This document shows, one piece after another, positions 49,684-61,483 of a stretch of DNA of 64,000 bases. Source of the stretch: Lama glama (taxonomy: Eukaryota). Position 1 is the stretch's first letter. Every line of letters starts with the position of its first letter. Position numbers and translations under genes: made by a program. Under the pieces are notes generated by a model. The model searched no databases. It saw only the letters and a list, made by a program, of their open reading frames with translations, and was not told the origin of the DNA. The stretch spans positions 42,782,001 to 42,846,000 of the forward strand of contig CM052816.1 of assembly GCA_028534125.1 (NCBI GenBank). The letters are read 5' to 3'.

Positions 49684-51797
49684 TGAGAGTGATGTTGCTA
49701 TCAATCAAAAATTGTTTCAGTGCCTGCTGTGTTTAAGGTATTGTTTCAATATTTCTGGACCTAAAAGGAAGTACAGTGAGTCTTTGAGCCCATGAAAAGG
49801 CTAAGAAATATAGGAAAGTATAGTGATGCAGAGGAATTATGAGTTACTGAATTCATCATTGATCAGTGAAGTCTTTTTGAAGGTGGGAGTTGAAGTGGGT
49901 TTTGACTATTCCATAAAAATTAGATGAATAGTAGGAGGTGAAATATTCCACATGGCATAAGCAGAGGTATGAAACTAGGTGCAATTTTTGGGAATAGTAA
50001 AATAATTTTATTTGCTGTAGTGGAAAGAATAAGCTTTTGGTTAGTGGGTTGTACTGTATTACACAGGGAGATGAATGTCATACAAAGGATTTTGTGAAAG
50101 GTTAGCATTCTCTGTGTTCATGTTATGTGTCAATTTCACAAGTACATTGTTACAACTACTGTGATACGATAAAGTAATGAAGTTTGTGAATGAACTACTG
50201 TTGTATTAAACTAGAGCAGATTCAAGTCAGAGAGTGTGTCTTAGTGTGTGCTTCCTGCTCTTGCTTCTTTGTGTACTTTCTGTGGGGGAAAAGAGAGAAG
50301 TGATGACAGCTAGTGTGCTGGGAGTTGCCAAAATTTGTAGCTGTGGATGTCTTGTGTCTGTCAGTCAGTTTACAGGTTGTTGACCATATTGGCTTTCACA
50401 ACAGCCACTGTCTTTTTTGCCACTGTCTGTGCTGAGTAAGTGCTTTAAGAATAATTTGAATATCACTCCCGTCCATGCCTGTATTCACCTGAAATGAACA
50501 GAGTTCACAGAAGTCAGTCATTGGAATGGAAATAACAGTACCAGCACCCGTGTGGTAGTGCCTGTAAATTATTGCAGAGCTTTCGTAATCCATTTAAGTT
50601 TTTTCACTTGTTGCTAAATGAGTGTACTTGGGGGAATGATTTGTATATGAATGACCATTACATGTTTCGTCATTGGAAAATGGTTGAAAACTACTGCTAG
50701 AGATAACTGAGGGAAAATTCCTGTTATGAAAGTTTCATGGCACCTGTCTTGGCTCTCCCCACTCTCACTTTTCCTTTTAAGTCCAGCATGTACGTTTTTC
50801 TCCCTCGTGTCTGAATTGACACCCAGAACTCTTACCTTCAGTCTTGGATTTTTTTTACAGTGAGAAGTAAGTGGATCCCCTTTTCCTTACTCTAAGTGAG
50901 TTAAAGATAGACTTGCTAGAGCACTTTTCACTAACATGAGAAAAAACATTTAAGTGTTTTAGTAAGTTGATTTATGAAGTATAAAGTCTTAAACTAATAC
51001 AGTGTGCAGGATAGACTGTACAGAAGATAGACTAGATTGGGTAGACTAAGTGGTACTAGGAACAAATAAACTGGAGATATGATAGCAACAGAAGGTAACA
51101 GGTGAATGAAAAAAAAGGGGAGGAGATTTCTTAGAGGTGAAGGGAGGAAAAATCAATTTTCAGTTTCAGTTGTACTAATGTGGAATGATAGTTTGTATGA
51201 AAGGTAAGTTGTCCAGAGGGGATATTAATGGGCATTCAAAAGGAAATGCTCATCAGGATTTACAAACGAGAAATCAGTACTAAGGCTAGATGTATGGTTT
51301 GGAGATCATTTGCATGTAAGTGAAGGTGAATGTAGTGGACGATTTCAGAGGATGACTAAAGAGCAGAAAGGTGAAAACTGGCCCGTGGGCAGTGCTGGCT
51401 AGCTGGAAGGGAAAGGGAGGAAGAAAGGGAAGAGGAAAATGGAGAACAGAGGAGCAAAGAGGTCAGAGAGGAAGGTGGGGGACTTCAACCTGAAGCAACA
51501 CAGAAAGCAAAGGAAAGAGCATTTCAGAAAGTAGACCTGTCTTGACGGATTGAGCAACTAATTTTATGATTAGCAGGCCTTTAGTCAGGCTGTCTTTTTT
51601 GATCATAGTGATTGAATTGGAACTTGGGATACAATGATGGAAAAAGAATAGGAAGAAGTGCTTAGCAGATATGCAAAGAAGCAATTCAGGGACCGACTGA
51701 CTTCATTTAAGGGAGAGGATGAGAAGGGGATAGTAGGCTGTTAGAGGACAAAGTGAATTGCAGTAGTGTTGCTTGGCTGGAGAATTTCAAGAAGAAA

Positions 51798-51888
51798 GGT
51801 CTCCCATCCAAATACTAACCATGCCCAACCCTGCTTAGCTTCCAAATCAGACAAGATAAGGTGCATTTAGGGTGGAATGGCTGTATAG
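51798..51888 (-). pseudogene. 5S rRNA pseudogene, about nt 1-92, 3'-truncated
   Basis: ggtctcccatccaaatactaacc...ctgcttagcttcc...agggtggaatggctgta is the reverse complement of vertebrate 5S rRNA; many of the mismatches are CpG decay. Confidence 0.92.
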
Positions 51889-52041
51889 TACAGGGAACTA
51901 TGTTCAATATCTTGTAGAAACCTATAATGAAAAAGAATATGAACATGAATGTATATATATATATGTATGACTGAAACATTATGCTGTGCACTGGAAATTG
52001 ACACAACATTGTAAATTGACTATACTCAAAAAAAAAAAAAA
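51881..52041 (+). mobile_element. L1 3' terminal fragment with poly(A), fused to the 5S copy
   Basis: ctgtatagtacagggaact...acaacattgtaaattgactatactc followed by A14; same family as 2413-2595. Confidence 0.88.
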
Positions 52042-52698
52042 GAAATGGCTGGTTAACACTATGGATGTTGCACTGAGGTCAAGGAGGATGAGACATGCTA
52101 ACAGACTTTCAGTACAAGGAACATGCTTATGAATTTTTGTGCATGTGGTTTTTTTGTTTGTTTGTTTTAGCCTGATAGGAAGCGTAGTTCTAAATCACCC
52201 AGTTTCTTCCAATTTTAACATCAGACCCAATGTGATTCCCAAGGCAAATGAACTGATTTTCTTCATTGTATGGTCTCTGGTATCCATCCCTCCACCCCTT
52301 TTTCTGCTGTTACAATTGCTATTGAGAAATTGATGGCTAGTATTTCCTCTTTTCTCTCTTTTCCTTTTCAGCTGTAAATAGTTTGTGCCATTCCCTCATT
52401 CTTGAACTGCTCGCATGCTAATTGGCACAAGAGGATACTTTGACATTTCTTTTTGAAGACTGAATGCTTTCTTAATAGGCACATATATGCCTATAATGTG
52501 GATTTGTTGAGTGAACATGCCTGAATATTCCCCAAAGCCTATAAAATTATGGAAGAAAATGGATCAACAAATAGTCTGCAGAGTTTTGCCCATAAATTCA
52601 ATACTTGACCAAATGTTCTAATAAAGAGATAGCAAAGGGATTATCCTGACTGATTAGAGAGTGTGTTGGTTTATATGAAAAAAAAAGAAATCATTCTT

Positions 52699-53006
52699 TT
52701 TTGTGTGTCTGTGCTAAAGAGTGGCTGGTTTATTTATTTATTTTTTAATTTTTTAAACATTTTTTATTGCGTTATAGTTATTTTACAATGTTGTGTCAAA
52801 TTCCAGTGTAGAGCACAATTTTTCAGTGATACATGAACATACATATATTCACTGTCACATTTTTTTTTTCACTGTGAGCTACCACAAGATCTTGTATATA
52901 TTTCCCTGTGCTATACAGTATAATCTTGTTTATCTATTCTACATATGCCTTTCAGTATCTACAAATTTTGAAATCCCAGTCTGTCCCTTCCCTCCCTTCG
53001 CCCCCT
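52699..53006 (-). mobile_element. Young 5'-truncated L1 with 14-bp TSD and an extra 26-nt 3' tag
   Basis: Closely similar to 3199-3440; TSD aagaa(a/g)tcattctt at 52685-52698 and 53007-53020. Confidence 0.87.
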
Positions 53007-54897
53007 AAGAAGTCATTCTTAAAGAGGGTTTGGGGATGAATATTTTGCAGAATTGAAAGAAAGAGAGATCTATATCCTGGCAAAGGGTAGTGGACAGGTG
53101 GATAGTTACATGGATGGTACACTGAGGAAGACTTCTTTCCCTGCAGAAATGTTCGTTGTAAGGGTTTGTGGAATGGAGCAGTTTAGGCTTAGGTACTTTC
53201 TAGGGTGAAGCATTTTTCTGGGGTGGAAGTTTAATAGTTCATGCAGGACATTTGGAAGCTGTGCTTAATGATTTCTTTCTTTTCTTTTTATTGCCCCTTT
53301 AAGCCAGAGTATTAAGAACTTCTGAAAAATCTGTAAGTTCTCTTAAAGGCTGATCTATCCTCCCCCAGAGTACTTTAGTACCTGCAGAATTTGTTACTTC
53401 ACAGCAGTTAATCACTGGGTTCTTTTCCACTGGGGACAAATATATTTCATTTTCTTTTGCCCTCCTTTGCATGTTGAGGCTTGAAGATTCATTTTCAAAA
53501 TGACTTAGTTTATAAAGCTTTACATAACAAGTAATGAATAGCTTTCACAGTTGTCATCTGATGAAATGTTATTTCATGCTAAGTGACCTTTTGGGGTTTT
53601 TTTTTATTTTGCTTTATTGCTAAAATGCAGGAGGATAAGGAAGCTTGGTTCTTCAAATCCAAACAGAAAAGAGCTTAAGATTTTATGTTTTACAAATATT
53701 AGAAAATCCAGGTGAAAATAAAGAAATGAGTACACGCCATTTTTTTTCCCTGCCAAGCTAGCTTAATGTAAAAGAAAAATTCTGTAGCACTGGTTGGTTT
53801 CTTTGGGATGTCAGAAATAAATTAGTTATTTAAAAAATCTCTCACCTTTTTTATGATAAACTTTAGGAAACAGAATTCTTATAATCATTACTTAGCATCT
53901 ACTCTGAACCTTTTCAGAATATCTTTTATCAGCCCCAAGTCTACCTTGCCTTTTTAACAAATAAAAATAATATTGCCAAACTGTTCTAAAGTCACTAAAT
54001 CTGGAATCTTAGGATCTTTTCAATGTTAAAAGGGCAGATAAGTTAAATAAATTATTTTCTTTTCAAAAACAATGAAGTCTATTTCATTTCTGTTTTTATC
54101 CTCCACATTTATTTAGGTATATTTTCAACAAGAATTAGGATGGAGAAGAAATGGATTGAGAGTTGAAGGCTGAATATTCCCTGTCTTTTTACACAGGATG
54201 ACTAGTGTTGCTATTACTGTTAATGGTTTTAGGAAATACTATAGAGAAATCTTCTAAGTGCCCCGTGGTCATATGTAGAGACCAAGGCCTAAATCTCTTT
54301 TTGTTTCTGTAATTGTGCTCCCAGATGTTAGCAATTGTGCTCCCAATATATTAGAAAATTTGTGTTCATCCTAGGCCTTTTGGAAATTATTATCATGTGC
54401 CTATGCACACTTTGCTTACTTATATGCAGTTTTTAAGTGACCCTAAATGTGGATGATCATTGGAAAGGTGCGTGATTGGCTTTCCTTCTTTTCATACCAG
54501 GTATGTTTTCTGTAATAAGGGTAGTTTTTCTAGCCACACTGGTCTGTCATGAATTATGTTTCTATGGAGTAAGAGAGTTTTGACTCAGTTGGGTGGAAAT
54601 TAAAGGTAGAATTTTAATAGCCATTTTATTTTCTTTTTTCGAATGCTGAAGGTTTTTAATTTTTCATAGTAATTCTCAGCCATTATCTATTAATGGACTA
54701 AGCCTTTTGGGACATCTATTCTGAAAGATATTTTTAAAGGATGATTATATTTAGTGAATGTCTGCCATAGACAAGATCCCATACTATTCCTTACCCTTCA
54801 GAAATTACCATTTAGCTACAGAGTCAACAAAGGCAGGCATTTTTATGTTATAAAACTAGTAATACAGGTGGTATATGGTACTGGTAAATACAGTAGG

Positions 54898-55098
54898 CTG
54901 GTGGTTCTTAAAGTATGATCTCTGGACCAGTAGCATTAGTATCACCCAAGAACTTGTTAAAAATGCAAATTCTCAGATTTAATACCAGACCTACTGAATC
55001 AGAAACTTTGAGAGTGGGACTCAGCATTTTTATTTTCAGCATGTGTTTTAACAAGTGAACCAGGTTATTCTGCTGTCTAGATTTTCAGACAATTGCAC
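54898..55098. mobile_element. MER5A-like hAT-Charlie element
   Basis: gtggttcttaaagt...ggaccagtagcattagtatcacc...aaatgcaaattctcag...ccagacctactgaatcagaaact. Confidence 0.75.
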
Positions 55099-56477
55099 TG
55101 GATAGAAAGCGAGGGGAACCCCCAGTGGTTTGCATTTGGAGGATATGGGGTATATGGAACTAGAGATGTCTATTCTTGGAATTTATATTTATGGAAGTGA
55201 GAATGAGAACGTATTGACAGAAGGAAATTCATGTCTAGAAGCAGGCTCGTGTCTTTTTTTCCGGCTTATTAACCAAAGTAGTATTTCTTCCGATTTATTT
55301 TCGTATTCCACCAAATAGTATTGAAGTTTTAATTCTTTAGCCGTCATGAATTCTTCTAATTTTTGATGCTAACTTGGATTTCTACATTAATATATAAAAT
55401 ATTACCTAGGAAATATGTACTGGTGTATATCTGGTTTTGAAAAATTTGAAATATGTAACCTAAATGACATCATGCAAAGAATTCACCTTTGACATCTGTG
55501 ATTGAAACAGTGGTTCCATGTATGTGGTTTGGGATGATATGTTTTATATAGATATTAAAGCATCAGGTCTCTTTTTCAGATAAATTATTTTTATTTGTTC
55601 CCCTTATTTATTGTTTTAAGTTGTAGTCTGTCTCAGTTACTTTTTAAGAATCTTCCTATGTGATCAAACAATTTATTAAAGTGGTGAATGCTATTCACAG
55701 TTTTTTTCAAAACAGAAATCACATATTTTTATGCTTTTCTGGGAATAGGAATCGTGAGATTGACTGAGGTTGGAGAAAATGGAAATAAAACTTACCATAT
55801 TTTCTAAACCAAATATTTTTACCAGAGTAAATTCCACATAAATGTAGGCATTGGAGGATTATTATGTGAGCTTAACTGTTAACTTATATAGGAAAAAAAG
55901 TTTTGAAAGGATGCAGAAATGTGCTGCTGCACCTGTCAGCTTAAGAAGAATGTGACTAAGTCTTTGTATAGTGTCCTACCGAGTAGGCTGTCTTTTAATC
56001 CTAGGATGCTGGAGAAGTCCACTGCGTCTGGCATCTTGGCTGCCCCATCTCTAGCAGCACATTGTTCCCCAGGGAGAGAGACTGGCGAAGAGACTGTCAA
56101 TTCCTTCATCTAACAGCCAAAATTGTTACTGCTGAGTGGGAAGGGGAGAGCTGGTGGCAGGCAGTGGGCCCTGAGTCTTAGCCTGGTGGCAAGTCCCGGT
56201 AGGTTTCTTGTTTGAAACCCTTGAGTATGACTGCGGGTTCAGTTTACGCATACTGCTGTGGGTGAAGGGTTCTTACTTCCAGTATTTAAGAAGAGGAAGG
56301 AGCGTAATGTTCTTCATGAAATGTTAATATTTTCTACATTTGTTGGTCTATTTAAGTTTTGAACTCTTGGAATCAGGATGTGCAGATGTACATGTATGAC
56401 AGCCTTTGAGATTTCAGTATGTGGGCTTTGGCACATACTGGTGTATGTATGCTAATAACTTTTTCTTTTAATTCCAG

Positions 56478-56618
56478 GAAGTGTTACTGATGAGGGAGAA
56501 CAGTATTGTTATAGATTAGTGGAAATGGATTCAAAAAGTGGTCCAGGCCTCATTGGTTTAGGCATTAAAGCATTACAAGACAAAAAATACGAAGATGCTG
56601 TTAAGAACTTAACAGAAG
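56478..56618 (+). CDS. SKIC3: SKIC3 coding exon 8: [46 protein letters not shown]
   Basis: ttccag acceptor, G|GTAAGT donor, 141 nt, phase 1-1. Confidence 0.95.
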
Positions 56619-56894
56619 GTAAGTATAGAGTATGTAGCATATAACATGAAGTAGAGCTGTTACTCAGTCAGCAGGTGTTTATCTTTCGGTTTTTCTTTAA
56701 GGAATATATATTTAAGATAGGAGCAAAACAATGTACTTATACTTACTCTGGAGTCTGCTTAAGTTTGAATTTGCACTTGCCACTCACTAATTTCAAGACC
56801 TTAGAAAAGTTAAGCAAACTCTTTTTGTCTCAGTGCTTTCATTTGTCAAATAAGGATAATATCTCCATCTTCAGGAGGCTTTAACTTAGTCTTG

Positions 56895-57420
56895 TCAGGC
56901 ATGAGGTTTCCGGATGAACTTTCTTTTGAATTGAAATCTGAATGACAAATATATAAGCCTGGTGGTGGGAGGAGCATTGAAGGCCACAAGATGAAATAGC
57001 CTGAGGTGAGAGGAAAGCTGGGGTTCAGGGAACTCCTGGTACTTCAGCAAGATTTGAGAATGAGTATGGGAGAAAGAAGGGGCAATAATTGAGGCTGGAT
57101 AGAGGCCTTGCAAACCTCATTAAAGAGTTTGCATACTATCGAAAGCACAGCTGGGAACCAGTGGGAGGTTTTAAGCAGGGCAATTTCATAATCCCATTTG
57201 TGTTTTTAGAAATATTCTGGCTATAGTGTAGAGAATGAATTGGAGTGGCAAACGCTTGCAGTGATCTGGGACGAAGATGATGGAGGTCTGAACTGAAGTA
57301 GTGGTGGCAGAGAAATGGATTGGCTTATGGAATCAGTGTCACTTTGTGATTGATTAGACATGGGAGACAAGGGAGAGGGGAGGCATCTGATTTGGGGAGT
57401 AGATGGTGGTGCCATTTATC
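56895..57420 (-). mobile_element. L2 fragment ending about 50 nt before a SKIC3 exon
   Basis: ttttaagcaggg...gtgttttagaa...ctggct...gtggatggtggtgccattta-like motifs; boundaries approximate. Confidence 0.6.
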
Positions 57421-57469
57421 TAACTAGTAATGGAAACCTTGGATTTTGTGATTGCTGTTACCCCTTTAG

Positions 57470-57571
57470 GGTTACAGGAAAGCCCTCTCTGCACAACTGG
57501 ATGGTATCGTCTCGCAGAAGCCCAAGTCAAAATGCATAAACCTAAGGAAGCTATTCTTTCATGCAGTCAAG
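57470..57571 (+). CDS. SKIC3: SKIC3 coding exon 9: [33 protein letters not shown]
   Basis: cccctttag acceptor, G|GTATTC donor, 102 nt. Confidence 0.95.
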
Positions 57572-58411
57572 GTATTCTTGACATCTTTAAGGATGGTCGA
57601 CTCTGTTTCTTCTCAATTTCAAGGAGAAAGATAATGGTTTTAAAACCCAGATGCTATATTTTATATTTTAATTTGCCAACTAATTTAAATTTCATTGAGG
57701 AGGTTAAAAAGAAAAACTTCAAGTCTCTATGCATGCCCACTAGTATAGTTATTTTTAAATTGACAACAAGTTCTTATCAAAGGTTTCCTCTACTTGGAAT
57801 TTTGACAAAGTCGGTTTAGGCAAAGATGGTGATGCCCTGTCTTTGTAACAGGGAAGTTTTGGGTGTGTCCTTTGACCTTCACTCTAATGTAGATTCTTGA
57901 TTCCTCTAATGTAGATAATAGATACACAAGGGTATCCTGGAGCCTATTTGAATGTGTTCATGTAAGTCAGGTGCAGGGACAGGAAAACATAAAAAGTGAT
58001 TCACTGCTCTTGATGCAGCTGGTGGCCTTGAAACAGTTCACTGTGGTTCATCTTAATTCAGCTTCTTTCCCCTTCTATTATCCTTAATGTGCTATTTTTG
58101 TTAGGGATGCTTTGGCTAAGGCTTCACCTTTGTTATGTAGCAAAATATAGATAGCCATTGTTGTATTTCAGGATGTTCAGTTATGTTATGTGAAGATAGA
58201 GGTTTTAAATTTAGATCTATTCTATTTTAAATTCAGGTATTTCCATAAAGAGTTCAGGGAAGAATTTATATTTAGCTTTGAATTATTCCTCATGTGTATT
58301 GTTTTGGCAATATTGTATTCTTGCTATATCTGCAATTTGTTTTGTGTTACCCTTAAAAAGAAAAGTGAAGTGGTATGGCTGTCTTCATTCAGATGTCTTT
58401 AATTTTGTCAG

Positions 58412-58551
58412 GTCTGAAGAACATAGATAATCTTGGTGTGTCTGGTGGCAGTCTTCATCAGAAGAATCTTTGTCTTCATTTGAAAGCAGAGGCTTTGATT
58501 AAACTCTCAGATTATGAATCTTCAGAGGAAGCAATTCGTACTCTTGATCAG
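58412..58551 (+). CDS. SKIC3: SKIC3 coding exon 10: [46 protein letters not shown]
   Basis: tttgtcag acceptor, CAG|GTAGTC donor, 140 nt; cumulative CDS 1134 nt (378 aa). Confidence 0.95.
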
Positions 58552-59903
58552 GTAGTCTTATCATCAGATTTTCCCCTTTAACTTATTTAGCTGCCTGTCA
58601 GCCAGGCGTCAGCCACCCTCTCCTTACCATAAATATTTACTTACAAAAATTTTGTGTTAGAGGTGTGAATTCCCAACACCTGCACTTTTCTATATCATTC
58701 ACACAGTCGCAAACTCCTAAAGTTATTTGCCTCTTGGTTAAGTACTTAAAATTCTCTTTACATGATGCAGTTTCTTTCTTCAGTTCTTCCTCTTATTCTC
58801 CTTTTCTCTTTTTGCCCTCTTAGGTTATTACTACTTGTTTATTATTAATTTGAGATTCTAAATTTTTTCTTCCAGAAAATATTTCATTGATTATTGATAA
58901 GAATTATTAAAGATAGTAGTAGCTTCATGGTAGAAAATATTTCTTGTTTTATTCTTGTTTATTAAAACAAGATTATTATTATTTCTTGTTTATTAAAAAA
59001 CACTCAGAGGAAGATTGATATTTAAGAAGGAAACTGGTTTCTTACTATTTTTGGTTCAATTTGAAACTCCCTAATAAAAACGAATTAGTAAATTATGAAT
59101 TACAATAGCGTGGTGCCTTTAAAGATTTTTGTCAGATAAAGGCTGTTGTTTGTATAAAATTAAAATTATATCACTCAGTATATTGAAGGGTTTTGAATTT
59201 TTGTAAAAAAAATTGTTTTGTATATTTCAAAGGGCTTTGCATTTCATAGTATTTCCTTAAAATTAGAACAGTTGTCAGGATCCTTTAATTTCTTTCTACT
59301 TGTCTTCCACCAATAATGTGTGAATGCTTTGTAGAGGTCTCTCCAATGCTTTTTTTTTTTTTTTTTAACAAAAAACAAACCAAACCCCAAAAAAACAAAA
59401 TGAAAAGTTTCTTGAAGAACTGGTAGACTCCAGGTCTGAGACAGAAAATGTGCAAGGTGAGCCCAGAACATTTTATAATGTTGGAAAGCAAAGAAACTGT
59501 ATAAGGTTGTTAGAATTATGTCAGAAGGGCTGAGGAACAAGCAAGAATTAATTTTTTACAGGCTAAAGAGGAATAGTTTGAGCACTAATAACTGCCGTGG
59601 ATTAAGACATCATTTATGTTTAAATCCATGTGTTAGTGATGTTACAAAAAAAAAAAATCACGAAATATCCTCCATAAATTTTTGGAGGATGCTAAGGAAC
59701 CGATTGGAAAGAATCAAAGTATTTATCCTGCCTTTCTGTTATGAACTTTTCCTCAGAATACTCAAGTAGAAAATGAGAGGAGGGAAATTTTCTCTTTAAG
59801 TATCACATCAGATAAGGAAAGAAGGAATGAAAGAAAATCACCATTTTGCAATCCACAATGAATTAATAGATCTAGGCATTGGAGACCAATGGCTGCTAAC
59901 ATC

Positions 59904-60403
59904 NNNNNNNNNNNNNNNNNNNNNNNNNNNNNNNNNNNNNNNNNNNNNNNNNNNNNNNNNNNNNNNNNNNNNNNNNNNNNNNNNNNNNNNNNNNNNNNNN
60001 NNNNNNNNNNNNNNNNNNNNNNNNNNNNNNNNNNNNNNNNNNNNNNNNNNNNNNNNNNNNNNNNNNNNNNNNNNNNNNNNNNNNNNNNNNNNNNNNNNNN
60101 NNNNNNNNNNNNNNNNNNNNNNNNNNNNNNNNNNNNNNNNNNNNNNNNNNNNNNNNNNNNNNNNNNNNNNNNNNNNNNNNNNNNNNNNNNNNNNNNNNNN
60201 NNNNNNNNNNNNNNNNNNNNNNNNNNNNNNNNNNNNNNNNNNNNNNNNNNNNNNNNNNNNNNNNNNNNNNNNNNNNNNNNNNNNNNNNNNNNNNNNNNNN
60301 NNNNNNNNNNNNNNNNNNNNNNNNNNNNNNNNNNNNNNNNNNNNNNNNNNNNNNNNNNNNNNNNNNNNNNNNNNNNNNNNNNNNNNNNNNNNNNNNNNNN
60401 NNN
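59904..60403. other. Assembly gap (500 N) hiding several SKIC3 exons
   Basis: Run of N; flanking exon phases are incompatible. Confidence 0.97.
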
Positions 60404-60504
60404 TATGTACATTTTTTCTGTTTTAATTGTATATAGTAGTGAGGAAGATAAACTCTATACTTTTTGGAAGTAATTTATAAGAATTATACTGTTTCTTTTT
60501 TTAG

Positions 60505-60681
60505 GGCTCTGCAGCATCAAGCTGACGTGTCTTGCCTTTGGAAGCTAGTTGGGGATGCTTGTACCAGTCTCCATGCTGTCTCAACATCTAAAGTGAACGT
60601 TAATGTTCTAGGAATCCTTCTAGGTCAGAAAGAAGGAAAACAAGTACTAAAGAAAAATGAGCTCCTCCATCTTGGAGGAAG
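60505..60681 (+). CDS. SKIC3: SKIC3 internal exon after the gap: [59 protein letters not shown]
   Basis: T-run+ag acceptor, AG|GTAATT donor, 177 nt, phase 2-2. Confidence 0.94.
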
Positions 60682-60752
60682 GTAATTTACAAAGATTGCC
60701 AGTTAATGACATTCAAATTGAATTAGAATGTCATAACAAAACATAACATTGA

Positions 60753-60917
<165 letters not shown>

Positions 60918-61080
60918 TGATTTTGAAAAATTTTTATAAACTTTTTTAAAACTTACGGGCTTTTCTGAAAGATGTTTTTGATAAAGTAAATCTTGTAGTG
61001 TTTTTACATAAAACCATATTTCTCTTGATATAAATGCTGATATTCCAGGAAATAAAAATTTGTCTAATTTTACTTTTCAG

Positions 61081-61159
61081 TGTCTGAAAAAAGCCGTGAG
61101 ACTCGACAGTAGTAATCACTTATACTGGAATGCTCTTGGTGTAGTTTCATGTTATAGTG
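61081..61159 (+). CDS. SKIC3: SKIC3 exon: [26 protein letters not shown]
   Basis: ttttcag acceptor, G|GTAAGA donor, 79 nt; TPR-like. Confidence 0.94.
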
Positions 61160-61247
61160 GTAAGAATTGAGTAACACTTCAATATTTTTAGAAGATTGTC
61201 TATTTCAGTCAGTGAAGTTCAGTTTTATCAAAGTGTGTATTTTTCAG

Positions 61248-61309
61248 GTATTGAAAATTATGCCCTTGCTCAGCACTGTTTTATCAAGTCAATCCAGTCA
61301 GAACAAATT
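61248..61309 (+). CDS. SKIC3: SKIC3 exon: [20 protein letters not shown]
   Basis: ttttcag acceptor, ATT|GTGAGT donor, 62 nt. Confidence 0.94.
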
Positions 61310-61426
61310 GTGAGTGTTTCTGTGTGTCTTATCTATAAAAAAGAAGTTCAAAATTTAGTATTAATAATTTTCTGAGACTGCCTTATAGACAAGGGACCTA
61401 ATTTCGTATATGTGTGTGTTTTTTAG

Positions 61427-61483
61427 AATGCTGCTGCATGGACCAACTTGGGAGTGTTATACCTTGCAAGTGAAAAAATTGAG
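61427..61483 (+). CDS. SKIC3: SKIC3 exon: NAAAWTNLGVLYLASEKIE
   Basis: ttttag acceptor, GAG|GTGAAT donor, 57 nt; TPR helix A signature. Confidence 0.93.

Noticed and set aside
55919..56260. GC-richer intronic patch with a 64-aa ORF, an acceptor-like cttttaatcctag and partial GGTGGCAG motifs
   Set aside because: No recognisable homology, no convincing donor, and the CTCF match is incomplete; the flanking SKIC3 exons already join in frame.
59762..60473. Three ~200-aa ORFs in the ORF track
   Set aside because: Artefacts of translating the N run (poly-X).
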